From assembly GCA_046314355.1 (NCBI GenBank), contig JBKBWQ010000001.1, positions 1,024,001-1,088,000 on the forward strand: a stretch of DNA of 64,000 nt, given 5' to 3'. Each line of letters opens with the position of its first letter. Within the stretch, counting starts at the first letter, position 1. This DNA comes from Candidatus Altimarinota bacterium (GTDB lineage: Bacteria; Patescibacteriota; Gracilibacteria; 1-14-2-50-48-13). Below, in pieces: positions 1-11,050 of the stretch. The position numbers were made by a program, and so were the translations under genes. Under the pieces are notes generated by a model. The model was not told where the DNA came from. It made no database searches and was given only the letters and a program-made list of their open reading frames with translations.

Positions 1-227
1 AAACCCAGTAAACTGCAGCTTAACGAAAGCAGAATAGCTATTATATCTTTCTTAAAAAGAGATATCAAAAGACAAATACTCCCAGGCACTAGGAACAAAA
101 AAGGAGGAATCACAGAAAAGATCTGTAAAACCCAAAAGTGAGAAGCTGCAAAATAGAGAATTATAAAACCCAGCTGCAAAAGCAGCAGCAGTATATAAAA
201 AGGTGATAGTGATATTTTCTTTAACAT
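1..227 (-). CDS. membrane protein, N-terminal part (runs off window)
   Basis: Hand translation from ATG at 227: MLKKISLSPFYILLLLLQLGFIILYF..., hydrophobic and open to the window edge; lies directly downstream of radA. Confidence 0.6.
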   Translation of the reverse strand, partial: MLKKISLSPFYILLLLLQLGFIILYFAASHFWVLQIFSVIPPFLFLVPGSICLLISLFKKDIIAILLSLSCSLLG

Positions 228-233
228 GTATCT

Positions 234-1628
234 CTACTGAAAGAATTTTAGTAATTCGCTCACATGCTTGATAGGTCTAATATCAACATCCTTCATCTTG
301 GGCAGGGCAGCAGAGGCTGGTACGATAAATGTTTTCATACCCAATTTATGTGCCTCTTTAATTCGTTTTTCAAGAAAAGAAAGCGTACGTACTTCTCCAG
401 TCAGCCCTACTTCTCCAAAGGCAATAATACCCTCAGGAAGAGGCTTCTGAAGTTTACTGGAGATAATTGCAAGGATAATGGCAACATCAAGTCCTGATTC
501 ACGGATGCGAAGTCCTCCGGCTACATTTATATACACATCATAACTATCTAAGTTTATATTTGTATACTTTCCCACCACAGCAAGAAGAAGTTGAAGTCTA
601 TTGAGATCAAATCCTACAGCAGCTCTTTTTGGATAGCCGAATTTTGTATACGTAGTCAAAGCTTGAACTTCTAGAAGAAATGCTCTTGTTCCCTCTACCG
701 TAGATGTAATCACGGAACCTGCCACTTCTTTCATTCGCCCTTCCAAAAATACAGAAGAAGGATTTTTTACCTCTTCAAGTCCTTTCTCCGTCATACTAAA
801 TACTCCTACTTCATCCGTAGAACCAAAACGATTCTTTACAGCGCGAAGAATTCGGAAAGAATGTGATCTTTCACCTTCCAGTAAAAGCACAGTATCTACA
901 AGATGCTCAAGTGCCTTTGGTCCTGCAAGATTTCCTTCTTTCGTCACATGACCAATCAAAAGTACGGTAATATTTCTAGTCTTGGCAAACTCAAGAAGCA
1001 GTTCTGTTACAAAACGTATCTGAGAAATACTGCCTGATGCGCCTCCAAGAGATTCTGCATACATTACCTGTACAGAATCTATAACAACAAAGGCAGGATC
1101 TTCTCTCTGAGCAGTTGCCAGTGCATCCTCGATGGAATTCATATTCGCAAGAAACACTTTATCCTGCCCCACCTCCATGCGTCTCGCTCTATCTGCTATC
1201 TGCGCCACAGACTCTTCTCCGGAAATATATAATACCTTCTCTCCATGATCTGCCAGTGCCTTACATAATCTCAATGTTAAAGTAGATTTTCCTATCCCAG
1301 GTTCACCGGCTAAAAGACTCATTGATCCCTTTACTATTCCTCCACCAAAGACACGATCTAATTCCTCCACTCCTGTTGTAAATCTATATTTAGAGTTAGT
1401 ACCTTGTTCAGTACCAGATTCGAGAATCGTTGCCACACTCTCGACGGCAATAGCTCTCCCCGCAGAAAACTCTTTTCTCTTTTGCAAACTCCCCGCTAAT
1501 GCTCCTGGTGCCTCATCCATCTCTACATATGTATTCCACTCACCGCAAGAAACACACTGCCCCTGCCACTTAGAGGAAATATTCTGACAATTAGTACATA
1601 TAAACTGATTAACCGATGCTTTTGCCAT
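234..1628 (-). CDS. radA: DNA repair protein RadA/Sms
   Basis: C4 zinc finger (CTNC..CVSC), Walker A GEPGIGKST, KNRFG motif, Lon-like C-terminal domain. Confidence 0.97.
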   Translation of the reverse strand: MAKASVNQFICTNCQNISSKWQGQCVSCGEWNTYVEMDEAPGALAGSLQKRKEFSAGRAIAVESVATILESGTEQGTNSKYRFTTGVEELDRVFGGGIVKGSMSLLAGEPGIGKSTLTLRLCKALADHGEKVLYISGEESVAQIADRARRMEVGQDKVFLANMNSIEDALATAQREDPAFVVIDSVQVMYAESLGGASGSISQIRFVTELLLEFAKTRNITVLLIGHVTKEGNLAGPKALEHLVDTVLLLEGERSHSFRILRAVKNRFGSTDEVGVFSMTEKGLEEVKNPSSVFLEGRMKEVAGSVITSTVEGTRAFLLEVQALTTYTKFGYPKRAAVGFDLNRLQLLLAVVGKYTNINLDSYDVYINVAGGLRIRESGLDVAIILAIISSKLQKPLPEGIIAFGEVGLTGEVRTLSFLEKRIKEAHKLGMKTFIVPASAALPKMKDVDIRPIKHVSELLKFFQ

Positions 1629-1717
1629 GTAGTATGAGATTGATTTGATGTACTCTCATTATACAAAAAAGCATTCCTATCAAAAGGAAAAAGAGAAGAA
1701 AACATTAAAAGATTAAA

Positions 1718-1752
1718 AAATAAGAATTAGGGAAATATCCTAATTCTTATTT
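1718..1752. repeat. 14-bp perfect inverted repeat inside 7-mer periodic tandem repeats; possible terminator
   Basis: aaataagaattagg(1718-1731) / cctaattcttattt(1739-1752); further taattcc/tatttcc units continue to ~1775. Confidence 0.6.
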
Positions 1753-1776
1753 CTTAATTCCTATTTCCTAATTCTT

Positions 1777-2592
1777 TTATCCCAAGTATCCTTTTTCCTT
1801 TAAATTCAAATAATGTACTTTTGCTTTTTCATTATATGGCTCAATATCAAGAATTCTTTCAAATACTTTTGCCGCAAGACTATTTGCATCTGTATCAAGA
1901 TAACCTTCACCTAATGCAAATAGGTATTTTGTATTCCGTGTATCAAAACGTACAGCGTGCTCAAATGCATCTATAGCTTCACCGACACTTCCCATCTGCA
2001 GCAGCAATGCTCCAAGCTGGTAGTATCTTGCTGCATTATGCGGATCTCTTTTTATAGCTTCTTTATAAGCTCTTACTGCCTGATCATAATTCTCCTGTGC
2101 TTCTAATACTTTTGCAAGATTTCCATAAATAGATGGATCCTGTACTTTCATTTCCACAAGATGAATATAGATACTCTCTGCTTTGGTATACTTTTTCCTT
2201 TTCATATACACAAACGCAAGCAGGCTATTTACTTCTTCATCGTCAGCATCAAAGGCAAGTGCCTCCACAAGCATTTTCTCTGCATTCTCAAAATCATTAT
2301 TTGAAAGTAGCATTTCCACTTTTCTCAAGATCTTTTGAATCTCCACATGATCATCAGGAGTTACCACATGCTGATCAATATACTCATCTTCTTCATCATC
2401 TATCACAGCTTCTTTTCTTTCAAGAAGCGTTAGTATTTTACTTTTAAATTCTCTAAAAATATGCCTAGAGTCTTCACGAAGTTGTCTAAATTTCCAGATC
2501 TCTTTTATTTTCCATCCTCCTACACTTAAAATTCCTAAAAAAGAAAAGAATGCAAGAATAAGATCAAGCTTAACGAGAATTCCTATACCCAT
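1777..2592 (-). CDS. membrane-anchored TPR repeat protein
   Basis: N-terminal hydrophobic helix followed by multiple TPR motifs (e.g. AYKEAIKRDPHNA, AFEHAVRFDTRNT). Confidence 0.85.
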   Translation of the reverse strand: MGIGILVKLDLILAFFSFLGILSVGGWKIKEIWKFRQLREDSRHIFREFKSKILTLLERKEAVIDDEEDEYIDQHVVTPDDHVEIQKILRKVEMLLSNNDFENAEKMLVEALAFDADDEEVNSLLAFVYMKRKKYTKAESIYIHLVEMKVQDPSIYGNLAKVLEAQENYDQAVRAYKEAIKRDPHNAARYYQLGALLLQMGSVGEAIDAFEHAVRFDTRNTKYLFALGEGYLDTDANSLAAKVFERILDIEPYNEKAKVHYLNLKEKGYLG

Positions 2593-2624
2593 GTAACAAT
2601 CGATAAGAAAACAAAATACTCTTA

Positions 2625-3944
2625 TTATTCGTCACTCTCAGACGCCTCCTCTATCATACCTTGAAAATCTTTTGTATCAAGATGTTCAGGTCCGATAAGC
2701 TCGACAAGATGCTCGACTATACTGTCTAACGGCATAATTTCCTGGGTACCTTTTTTCATATCCCGAACGATTATCTTTTTCTCATGCACCTCCATCTGTC
2801 CCATCACAAGGGCATATTTTACATCAATCTTCCCAGCACTCTCAAGCTGTGAGCGGATGCTATCCTTTCCAAGAGCTCCTACTGTTTTTATACCGGCTTT
2901 ACGGAGTTCAGATACGAGTTTTAGTGCAATACGTTTTGCATCCTCACCAAGCTGCACCATAAATACATGAGCTTTGTCCTTTGAAGGAACACGGATATGA
3001 ATCTCTTTCATAAGTTCCGTTACTCTCTCCATTCCAGCAGCAAATCCTACAGCAGGTGTATCTGCACCTCCCATATCTTTGATAAGATTATCATATCTAC
3101 CTCCTCCTCCAAGCTCTATCTCTCTATCTTCTCTTTCCACATAAAATTCAAATATCAGACCAGTATAGTAGAGAAAATCTCTAAGCATGAATGGATCTTC
3201 CTCAAAGGAAATCTCAAGCGTAGTAAGGTATTCCTTCACTTTTTCATAATGCTGTTTGGAATTCTTTGAAAGGAACTGACTCATTTTAGGTGCAAGGTTT
3301 GCAAGGATTTTACAGTCCTCTTCCGTACATTCAATAAGCATCATTGGGGATCTTTCAAAACGTTTTACACATTTTTCACAGAGAGATCTTTCTTTTCCTG
3401 CATAGAAATTTCTAAGAGCTTCCTCATAGGGGATTCTATCCTCTTTGGTTCCAACTGAATTGATACGAAGTTTTACACCTTTTAGTCCCAGATCTTCAAA
3501 TATTCTTTTACACATTTCAATAAGCTGTGCATCAAGAGCAGGGTCCTGCTCACCCAAAAGTTCAAATCCGAACTGATAGAACTGTCTTAGAGAATTATCA
3601 GCAACATCTCTTCTCCATGATGGTTCGATATAATAGTATTCTACAGGTTTTGGAAGCTCCTGCATGTTATGTTCAATATATGCTCTCGCTATTCCAGATC
3701 TCATATTAGATCTTAGGTAGAGAGTTTCAGGACCATCTATTTTAAATAAATGTTCAGCGCACTCCATTTGCAGAGTACCACATGATGAAAAAATCATGCT
3801 CTCATGCTCTAACGCAGGCACACTAATTCTTTTAAATCCTGAACGTCTTCCGTTATAACGAATGACTTTTTTGATAAACGTAAAATATTCATGATCTTCA
3901 GGTAAAAGATCATGCATTCCCGCTACTCCTTGAAAATCAGACAT
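2625..3944 (-). CDS. hisS: histidyl-tRNA synthetase-like protein (several active-site motifs divergent)
   Basis: GMHDLLP start, RQFYQFGFE, GGGRYDNL, GFAAGMERV and a C-terminal anticodon-binding domain; start taken at ATG 3944 (ORF is open to 3965). Confidence 0.85.
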   Translation of the reverse strand: MSDFQGVAGMHDLLPEDHEYFTFIKKVIRYNGRRSGFKRISVPALEHESMIFSSCGTLQMECAEHLFKIDGPETLYLRSNMRSGIARAYIEHNMQELPKPVEYYYIEPSWRRDVADNSLRQFYQFGFELLGEQDPALDAQLIEMCKRIFEDLGLKGVKLRINSVGTKEDRIPYEEALRNFYAGKERSLCEKCVKRFERSPMMLIECTEEDCKILANLAPKMSQFLSKNSKQHYEKVKEYLTTLEISFEEDPFMLRDFLYYTGLIFEFYVEREDREIELGGGGRYDNLIKDMGGADTPAVGFAAGMERVTELMKEIHIRVPSKDKAHVFMVQLGEDAKRIALKLVSELRKAGIKTVGALGKDSIRSQLESAGKIDVKYALVMGQMEVHEKKIIVRDMKKGTQEIMPLDSIVEHLVELIGPEHLDTKDFQGMIEEASESDE

Positions 3945-4159
3945 ACGTAAATTTTTATTAAGCAATGCATTCTAGGAGTAAAAATAGCTCCTGTACTCAT
4001 TATACCTTTTTTCCGCAAAAAAGCAACGCCGACAATAGTAAAAAAAGAGAAAAATGCTTATTTGCGTATGCATTCCTTATGAGTCAATTCAAAGTATACA
4101 GGAGGCGTTTTACTTCACCATAAAAATGGCTATCATACACCTGATTTATAAGAGCTTAC

Positions 4160-5089
4160 ATGTTGTCTATGATTTCAGTTAAAAACATTTCCAAGTGGTA
4201 TGGATCGACTCAAGCGCTCAAAGACATATCATTTGAAGTCAAAAAAGGAGAAATAGTAGGATTACTCGGTCCAAATGGAGCAGGAAAATCCACCACTATG
4301 AAACTTCTCACAGGATATATGTTTCCAACAGAGGGAGATATCACTATCAATGGGGAAAAAACCTCAGAAAATTCCTTGGAAACAAGAGCAATGATAGGAT
4401 ATCTGCCTGAGAACAATCCTCTTTATATGGATTTTACAGTAGAAGAGACATTACTCTTTCATGCATCCATGAGAGAATTAAAAGGAAAAAAGCTCACTCA
4501 AGCTATTCGAAAAACAGTCAGAAGATGCGGACTGGAAGATGTATTCTATAGTCCTGTCCACACTCTTTCAAAAGGATATAGACAAAGAGTGGGGCTTGCA
4601 ACGGCCATACTCCACGAACCTAAGATTTTAATTTTAGATGAACCTACATCAGGATTAGATCCAAGACAGATTATTGAAATTCGTGAATTGCTTCAGGAGC
4701 TTGGAAAGGAACACACAATTATTTTTTCTACCCATATCATGCAGGAGGTAGAGGCTGTTTGTAATAGAATCATTATTATTAACGAAGGTATGATTGTTGC
4801 AGAAGGAACCCCGGAGACATTAGGACAAAATAAAGAGGGGTTTACTACTTTGAGTCTGAAGACAACACTCTCAGCTGAGGATGCGCAGAATGAATTTGAG
4901 AAAGAATATACAGTTATTGAATCAAAGAGACTCCCTGACAAAACAACAGAAATTATTCTTCAAATAGAAAATGATATTGAGACTCGTCAGACACTTCTCA
5001 AATTTATTGTCAAAAACAAGATTCCTATGCTTGCACTAGTCCCGCAGGAAAGTAATCTTGAGAAAGTATTTCTGCAGCTTACAAAATAA
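4160..5089 (+). CDS. ABC transporter ATP-binding protein (GldA-like)
   Basis: GPNGAGKST, LSKGYRQRVG signature, LILDEPT. Confidence 0.93.
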   Translation: MLSMISVKNISKWYGSTQALKDISFEVKKGEIVGLLGPNGAGKSTTMKLLTGYMFPTEGDITINGEKTSENSLETRAMIGYLPENNPLYMDFTVEETLLFHASMRELKGKKLTQAIRKTVRRCGLEDVFYSPVHTLSKGYRQRVGLATAILHEPKILILDEPTSGLDPRQIIEIRELLQELGKEHTIIFSTHIMQEVEAVCNRIIIINEGMIVAEGTPETLGQNKEGFTTLSLKTTLSAEDAQNEFEKEYTVIESKRLPDKTTEIILQIENDIETRQTLLKFIVKNKIPMLALVPQESNLEKVFLQLTK

Positions 5090-5100
5090 TATATTCATCT

Positions 5101-5754
5101 ATGTTTACTACATTATTCATAAAAGAACTGAGGCATTACTTCAATTCTCCGATAGCATACGTATTCTTGATAGCTTTCTTTGCCATTGGAGGATGGTTTT
5201 TTGTGTATCCTCTTTTTGTCAACAATCAAGCGTCGCTATCCCAATTCTTTGAACCCCTTCCATTTCTCTTAGTTTTTTTTGCTCCAGCTCTCTCAATGAG
5301 ACTTTTCTCTGAGGAACGAAGACAAGGTACACTTGAGACACTAGTCACATTACCAGTTTCAGATAGTACGATTGTTTTAAGTAAATTTTTTGGGGCATTA
5401 GCCTTCATGGCAATTGCACTTATAGGATCTTTTCTATTTGCTGCTCTAGTCAGCATGCTGGGAAATCTTGAATGGGGAGTGGTTGTAGCAAGCTATATTG
5501 GAGCTCTCTTAATGACAGCCAGCATGCTCTCGTACGGAATGTTTATTTCGTCTCTGACTACAAACCAGATTATTGCTTTTATTATTAGCTCAATTATTTC
5601 CTTAGTGCTTGTCATGACAGGTATCTATGCAGAACATTACCAGTCTTTCATTAAAGGGATTATTGATCTGCGTGATGTAGTTTTCTTTGTATCCATCGTA
5701 ATTATGATGTGTCTTCTTACAAAGGAAAGCCTCGACTTACGCAACGTATCCTGA
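5101..5754 (+). CDS. ABC-2 type permease (GldF-like)
   Basis: KELRHYFNSPIAY, SMRLFSEERRQGTLETL, multiple TM helices. Confidence 0.9.
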   Translation: MFTTLFIKELRHYFNSPIAYVFLIAFFAIGGWFFVYPLFVNNQASLSQFFEPLPFLLVFFAPALSMRLFSEERRQGTLETLVTLPVSDSTIVLSKFFGALAFMAIALIGSFLFAALVSMLGNLEWGVVVASYIGALLMTASMLSYGMFISSLTTNQIIAFIISSIISLVLVMTGIYAEHYQSFIKGIIDLRDVVFFVSIVIMMCLLTKESLDLRNVS

Positions 5755-5780
5755 TTTTTACTACTGTTTAATTGATATTT

Positions 5781-7322
5781 ATGAAGACACGACCACGTAA
5801 AATATTCTTTGCATCCATTGGCACACTTCTTGTACTAGGAATTCTTATAGCTTTAAATATCGTACTCTCAAGCTCTCCTCTTCGGCTAGACCTCACTTCA
5901 AACAAAGTCTACACATTCTCTGCAATCACAAAAGATGCTCTTTCGGGCTTAGATGATCCTATAATTATCAAAGCATATATTACAGATAATGTACCTGATG
6001 AAAAAAAGGAGGATAAGAAATATTTAGAGAATTTACTTAAGGAATTTAAGGTCTACGGAAAAGGTAAAGTGCAGCTTGAATTCATAAATCCTAATGAGTC
6101 TACGGAGAAAGAGACCGAAGCACAGCAGGCAGGTATAACTCCTCTGCAGTTTAATAAAATCGAAAATGATTCTGTATCAATACAGCGAGGCTACTTAGGA
6201 GTAAGCATCCAGTATGGAGATAAAAAAGAACTCATACCATATATTACTAGTACGAATGGACTTGAATACGATCTTACAAGCCGTATAAGAAAAGTAACAA
6301 ACAAGAACTTACCTGTAGTCGGTATTATACAGGGGTATGGTGCACCTGAGCTATCTGGCTATACACAGGGAGCATACACGATGCAGATGCTTACCCAGGA
6401 GCTTAACAAATCCTATAAAGTACTTCCAGTTGATCTTGCTTCAGCAAACGAAATAGATCCTAGCATTGGTACTCTTATTATTGGAGGCATAAAAGAAGCA
6501 GTTCCAGCAGAAAAGATAGCACTCATTAAAAAGTTTTCAGACAATGGCGGAAACATTCTTGTCAGTCAGAGCAGTGTTGGTATTGATATTTCCCAAGGAA
6601 TTACGGCAAAAGAAATACCGCTTGAGACTCTTAACTCTTTCCTCTCTTCCGAAGGCATTACAATCTCAAAGAATCTTCTTGCGGACAGATCTGCAAAGCA
6701 AATCGGCGTAAGTACACAAAATGGAACTCTTATCATGCAGCAGCTTGTCTCATTCCCTCTCTTACCGCTTATTAAAGATATCACTCCACATCTTATTACG
6801 GAGAAACTCACAGCGGTAACATTACCATTTGCAAGTCCGCTTACTATTACAAATAATACTGGTATTACAACTCTGCTGTATTCAAGCAAAAACAGCAGTG
6901 AGTATACAAATATTAATGTCATCAATCCTATCGAACCGGATTCATTTTTCAACCAGGAATCTGCATCAGGAAGCAAATTTCCTATTGCTCTAATAAAAGA
7001 AAGCCAAAAGAATAATAAAACGGCTTCACTGATCGTAGTAGGAAGCAGCGGATGTATCATAGACCAGCTCCTTCAAGCTTCACAGGATACGACTTGTCTA
7101 AAACTGATTCTCAATGCTGTAGACACTACTCTGCAGGATGCTCGACTGATTGAGGTAAGAAACAAAGGTTTTGAAACAAGATTACTTAGAGAAACAACAT
7201 CTGAAGAGAAACTACTATTTAAAACAATTGCTCTTGGACTACCCTCCTTCCTCACTATCTTAGGAGGACTTCTATACTTAAGATTCAGATATAGTAGAAT
7301 GAAGAAAAATTATTTAAAATAA
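5781..7322 (+). CDS. GldG-family ABC transporter auxiliary protein
   Basis: N-terminal TM, RLDLTSNKVYTFS, LEYDLTS motifs, C-terminal TM; operon context. Confidence 0.88.
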   Translation: MKTRPRKIFFASIGTLLVLGILIALNIVLSSSPLRLDLTSNKVYTFSAITKDALSGLDDPIIIKAYITDNVPDEKKEDKKYLENLLKEFKVYGKGKVQLEFINPNESTEKETEAQQAGITPLQFNKIENDSVSIQRGYLGVSIQYGDKKELIPYITSTNGLEYDLTSRIRKVTNKNLPVVGIIQGYGAPELSGYTQGAYTMQMLTQELNKSYKVLPVDLASANEIDPSIGTLIIGGIKEAVPAEKIALIKKFSDNGGNILVSQSSVGIDISQGITAKEIPLETLNSFLSSEGITISKNLLADRSAKQIGVSTQNGTLIMQQLVSFPLLPLIKDITPHLITEKLTAVTLPFASPLTITNNTGITTLLYSSKNSSEYTNINVINPIEPDSFFNQESASGSKFPIALIKESQKNNKTASLIVVGSSGCIIDQLLQASQDTTCLKLILNAVDTTLQDARLIEVRNKGFETRLLRETTSEEKLLFKTIALGLPSFLTILGGLLYLRFRYSRMKKNYLK

Positions 7323-7344
7323 TATATTTAACTTAAACAATATC

Positions 7345-8247
7345 ATGTCAAAGAAACAACTGGTTGTACTCACATTACTCTTTATAGCAATAGTATCAGT
7401 CGCAGTATTTCAGAAATATGTAGATAATGCTTCTTATAGTCCAAAAAATGAAAAATTTCTATCGGTAAATACTGGTCTAGTTGATAGAGTTACACTTACA
7501 ATGCCAAGCAAGGAGATTATTACTCTGAGCAAGACCGGTACAAATTGGGATATTACTACTCCTATTAACAGCCGTGCTGATAATGAAAAGGTCAATACCA
7601 TACTAAATGAGGCAAAGAATATTGTAACAACTGGCACTATTTCAACGAATAAAGACAAGTTTGATGAATTTCAGGTAAATGAGAAAGGTACACATGTGGA
7701 ATTTTTCCAGAATAATGAAAAGAAGGCTGGATTTTACATAGGTAAAATTTCTGATGATTATGTACATACTTATGCAAGAAAAGATACTGAAGACACAACG
7801 TATCTTGCAAAAGGAATACTTCAGGGAAGTTTTCAGACTCCCCTCGTGACATTGCGAGACAAGACTGTTACAAAACTTAAGCCAGAAGAGGTCTCAGAAA
7901 TTATATTTAAATCCGATACAGATAAGCTGACTCTTTCGAATACGAATAATGTTTGGTCTAGTACACCAAAAAGTGATGTTGCAAATGAAATTATACAAAG
8001 CACTGTTATGGCTCTTCTATCAATAAATGCTGAAAATATTTTAGAAAATTCTCCTATTAAACGTGAAGATCTTCTCAGCTCAGCTGATCTGAAACTCTTT
8101 ATACGCCGCACAAACCCTGATTTAAAAAGTGTCGTACTTTATTTAAAATCTCAGGATAGCAAATTATATGCCGCAGAGGAGTCCTCACAGAATATTTTTG
8201 AACTTAATTCAATCCTTAAGGATGAAATCACAAAAGTTTTTAAATAA
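7345..8247 (+). CDS. DUF4340 family protein
   Basis: N-terminal anchor, W-x-I-x-x-P...AD motif; usual fourth gene of gldAFG-like operons. Confidence 0.7.
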   Translation: MSKKQLVVLTLLFIAIVSVAVFQKYVDNASYSPKNEKFLSVNTGLVDRVTLTMPSKEIITLSKTGTNWDITTPINSRADNEKVNTILNEAKNIVTTGTISTNKDKFDEFQVNEKGTHVEFFQNNEKKAGFYIGKISDDYVHTYARKDTEDTTYLAKGILQGSFQTPLVTLRDKTVTKLKPEEVSEIIFKSDTDKLTLSNTNNVWSSTPKSDVANEIIQSTVMALLSINAENILENSPIKREDLLSSADLKLFIRRTNPDLKSVVLYLKSQDSKLYAAEESSQNIFELNSILKDEITKVFK

Positions 8248-8400
8248 GCCCCTACCACGCTTCGTGGGCAATCTTGAGTCTTATTGCTTGAAAAAAAAGC
8301 CATATAGCATATCATGCTTCAAGAATAGCACCTTTGAGACAACATAAAAGTTCTCTCACGAAACATCTTTTCATTTGTATATCCCTTCGTACTTTCCAGT

Positions 8401-11037
8401 ATGGACAAAAAAGAACAACCACTTTCACAGATTCCTAAAGCCTATGATCCAAAGAATGTGGAGCAGCGTCTTTATACATGGTGGAAAAAAGAAGGATTAT
8501 TCGCTCCGAAACCTGGAAAAACAAATGAAAAATTTTCTATAGTTCTTCCTCCTCCAAATGTTACAGGAAATCTGCACATAGGTCACGCTACCCGTCTTGC
8601 TACACAAGATGCGCTTGTACGATATCACAGAATGAAGGGCGATGAGACAGTTTGGATACCTGGCACAGATCATGCTGGTATTTCCACACAGGTAGTAGTA
8701 GAAAAAAAGCTCGCTGAGCAAGGGAAAACACGCCATCAGTTTTCAAGAGATGAATTTGTGAAAAAAGTTTGGGATTGGGTAAAGATCTACAAAAAGAATA
8801 TTACAGAGCAGGAAGAAAGTATGGGCGCAAGCTGTGATTGGAGTAAAGAAAGATTTACTTTCGATGATGATTTTAATAAATCTGTAAATAAAGTCTTTGT
8901 AGACCTGCATAAAAAAGATCTTATCTATCAGGGAGACTATATTGTAAACTGGTGTTCACGATGTGCCACCGTCCTCTCTGATCTGGAAGTTATAAGTACT
9001 GTAGAAAAGAGTAAGCTCTACTTTATACGATATTTTCTCAAAGCTGCAGACAAGTCTGTTATTGTTGCAACAACAAGACCTGAAACTATGCTAGGAGATG
9101 TAGCGATCGCTGTACATCCAAGTGATAAGAGATACAAAGAGTTTATGGATAAAATGCTTATCCTTCCTATTCTTAATAAAGAGATCCCTGTCATTACAGA
9201 TGAGCGGGTAGATATGGAATTTGGTACTGGAGCTGTAAAAATTACTCCTGCACATGACCTCTTGGATTTTGAAATAGGAAGAGATCACAACCTTGGAATT
9301 GTTCCAGTGATCACAACTGATGGAAAGATGAATAAAAGTGCTGGCAAATTTGCAGGACTTGATGTTATCCAGGCTCGTCAAAATATAATTGAGTATCTTG
9401 ATAATATTGGAAATCTTGAGAGCATTGAGGATTATGACAGCAGTATAAAAAGATGTGAGAGATGCAATACTATTGTTGAACCTCTTATCTCTAAGCAGTG
9501 GTTTGTACGGACAAAACCAATGGCAGAGAAAGCTCTTGCAGCAGTAAAAAAAGGAAAAACAGACTTTATACCTGATAGATTTGAAAAAGAATTCGTCAAC
9601 TGGATGGAAAATATAAAAGACTGGTGTATATCGCGTCAGCTTTGGTGGGGACATCAGATTCCAGTATATTATGGATCCAATGGAGAGATGCAGGTATCAG
9701 AGACTGCGCCTGAGAATACTGATAAAGTTACATGGAAAAGAGACGAGGATGTGCTAGACACATGGTTCTCTTCTTCACTTTGGCCCTTTGTGGTTTTTGG
9801 ATGGCCTGAAAAAACTGAAGATTTCAAAAAATTCTATCCAACCTCTGTACTTGAGACTGGTAGAGATATACTTTTCTTCTGGGTATGCCGCATGATGATG
9901 ATGGGTACTGAGCTCACAGGTCAGAGTCCTTTCTCACATGTCTTCCTTGGAGGACTCGTAAGAGATCAGCATAACCAGAAAATGAGTAAAAGTAAGGGTA
10001 ATGGTGTAGAGCCAAAGATCATGCAGGAACAATATGGTACAGATGCACTACGACTCATGCTTACTATCGGGACAACCCCTGGAAATGACTTCCCTATTTC
10101 AGAATCAAAGGCTGAAAATTATAGAAACTTTGTAAATAAGCTTTGGAATGCTTCACGTTTTATACGGATGAATATGTCTGAGACAAAGGACTATGCAACC
10201 ATACAAAAAGAATTAGAAAAGAATTATAAAAAGCTCTCTCTGGCTGAGAGATGGATACTTTCCCGTCTTTCCTCCCATATTACAGATGTCTCAAATGCCT
10301 TTGAAAACTTTATGTTCGGTGAGTCTCTTATGAAGCTCTATGAATTCAGCTGGCATGAATTCTGCGACTGGTATATAGAGATTTCAAAAATTGATAAAAA
10401 TGAATATACAGACATGATTCTCCAATATGGAATCATGACAATACTCAAGCTCTGGCATCCTGTTGCACCATTTGTTACAGAAGAGATCTGGTCCAATTTC
10501 GGACAAAAGGATCCTCTTATCATTTCTGAATGGCCGGAAGCAATCCCTGAATTTAAAGCTTTAGACATCGAAGCAGATTTTGAGATACTGATCAATATCG
10601 TAAAAGGTATCAGAAATATCCGTCAGGAAAAAGGTGTACTCCCTGGAAAACTTATCACAGCCCACTTTGTAGCAGATAAAAAGGAAGAGATCTTACAGGA
10701 ATTTTCTGAAATTATCTGTAAACTTGCTAGACTTCAGGAGTTAAAGATACATAAAGGACGACCAATACTTTCAAAAAAAGTAACATTAATTATTGTACCG
10801 TTTGAAATATATCTTCCATTGGAAGAAATGCTGGATATCGGAAAAGAGAGAGCACGCCTGAAGCTCTGTGTTGCTGATAGCGAAAAAGCTTTAAGAATTC
10901 TCAATGAGAAGCTTTCAAATCAGGCTTTCGTAGATAATGCACCAGAAGAAATTGTTGAGGCTCAGCAGGAAAAAAAGAGATCTCAAGAGGAGGTTCTAGC
11001 TACCTTGAGAATACAATTAGCAGAACTTGAAGAATAA
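8401..11037 (+). CDS. valS: valyl-tRNA synthetase
   Basis: PPPNVTGNLHIGH, DWCISRQLWWGH, KMSKS, C-terminal coiled coil. Confidence 0.98.
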   Translation: MDKKEQPLSQIPKAYDPKNVEQRLYTWWKKEGLFAPKPGKTNEKFSIVLPPPNVTGNLHIGHATRLATQDALVRYHRMKGDETVWIPGTDHAGISTQVVVEKKLAEQGKTRHQFSRDEFVKKVWDWVKIYKKNITEQEESMGASCDWSKERFTFDDDFNKSVNKVFVDLHKKDLIYQGDYIVNWCSRCATVLSDLEVISTVEKSKLYFIRYFLKAADKSVIVATTRPETMLGDVAIAVHPSDKRYKEFMDKMLILPILNKEIPVITDERVDMEFGTGAVKITPAHDLLDFEIGRDHNLGIVPVITTDGKMNKSAGKFAGLDVIQARQNIIEYLDNIGNLESIEDYDSSIKRCERCNTIVEPLISKQWFVRTKPMAEKALAAVKKGKTDFIPDRFEKEFVNWMENIKDWCISRQLWWGHQIPVYYGSNGEMQVSETAPENTDKVTWKRDEDVLDTWFSSSLWPFVVFGWPEKTEDFKKFYPTSVLETGRDILFFWVCRMMMMGTELTGQSPFSHVFLGGLVRDQHNQKMSKSKGNGVEPKIMQEQYGTDALRLMLTIGTTPGNDFPISESKAENYRNFVNKLWNASRFIRMNMSETKDYATIQKELEKNYKKLSLAERWILSRLSSHITDVSNAFENFMFGESLMKLYEFSWHEFCDWYIEISKIDKNEYTDMILQYGIMTILKLWHPVAPFVTEEIWSNFGQKDPLIISEWPEAIPEFKALDIEADFEILINIVKGIRNIRQEKGVLPGKLITAHFVADKKEEILQEFSEIICKLARLQELKIHKGRPILSKKVTLIIVPFEIYLPLEEMLDIGKERARLKLCVADSEKALRILNEKLSNQAFVDNAPEEIVEAQQEKKRSQEEVLATLRIQLAELEE

Positions 11038-11050
11038 TTTACTCTCTTCT

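Noticed and set aside
4160-8247. Gliding motility system
   Set aside because: GldA/F/G-like ABC operons with DUF4340 are widespread outside gliding bacteria; no gldK-N or spr genes are present.
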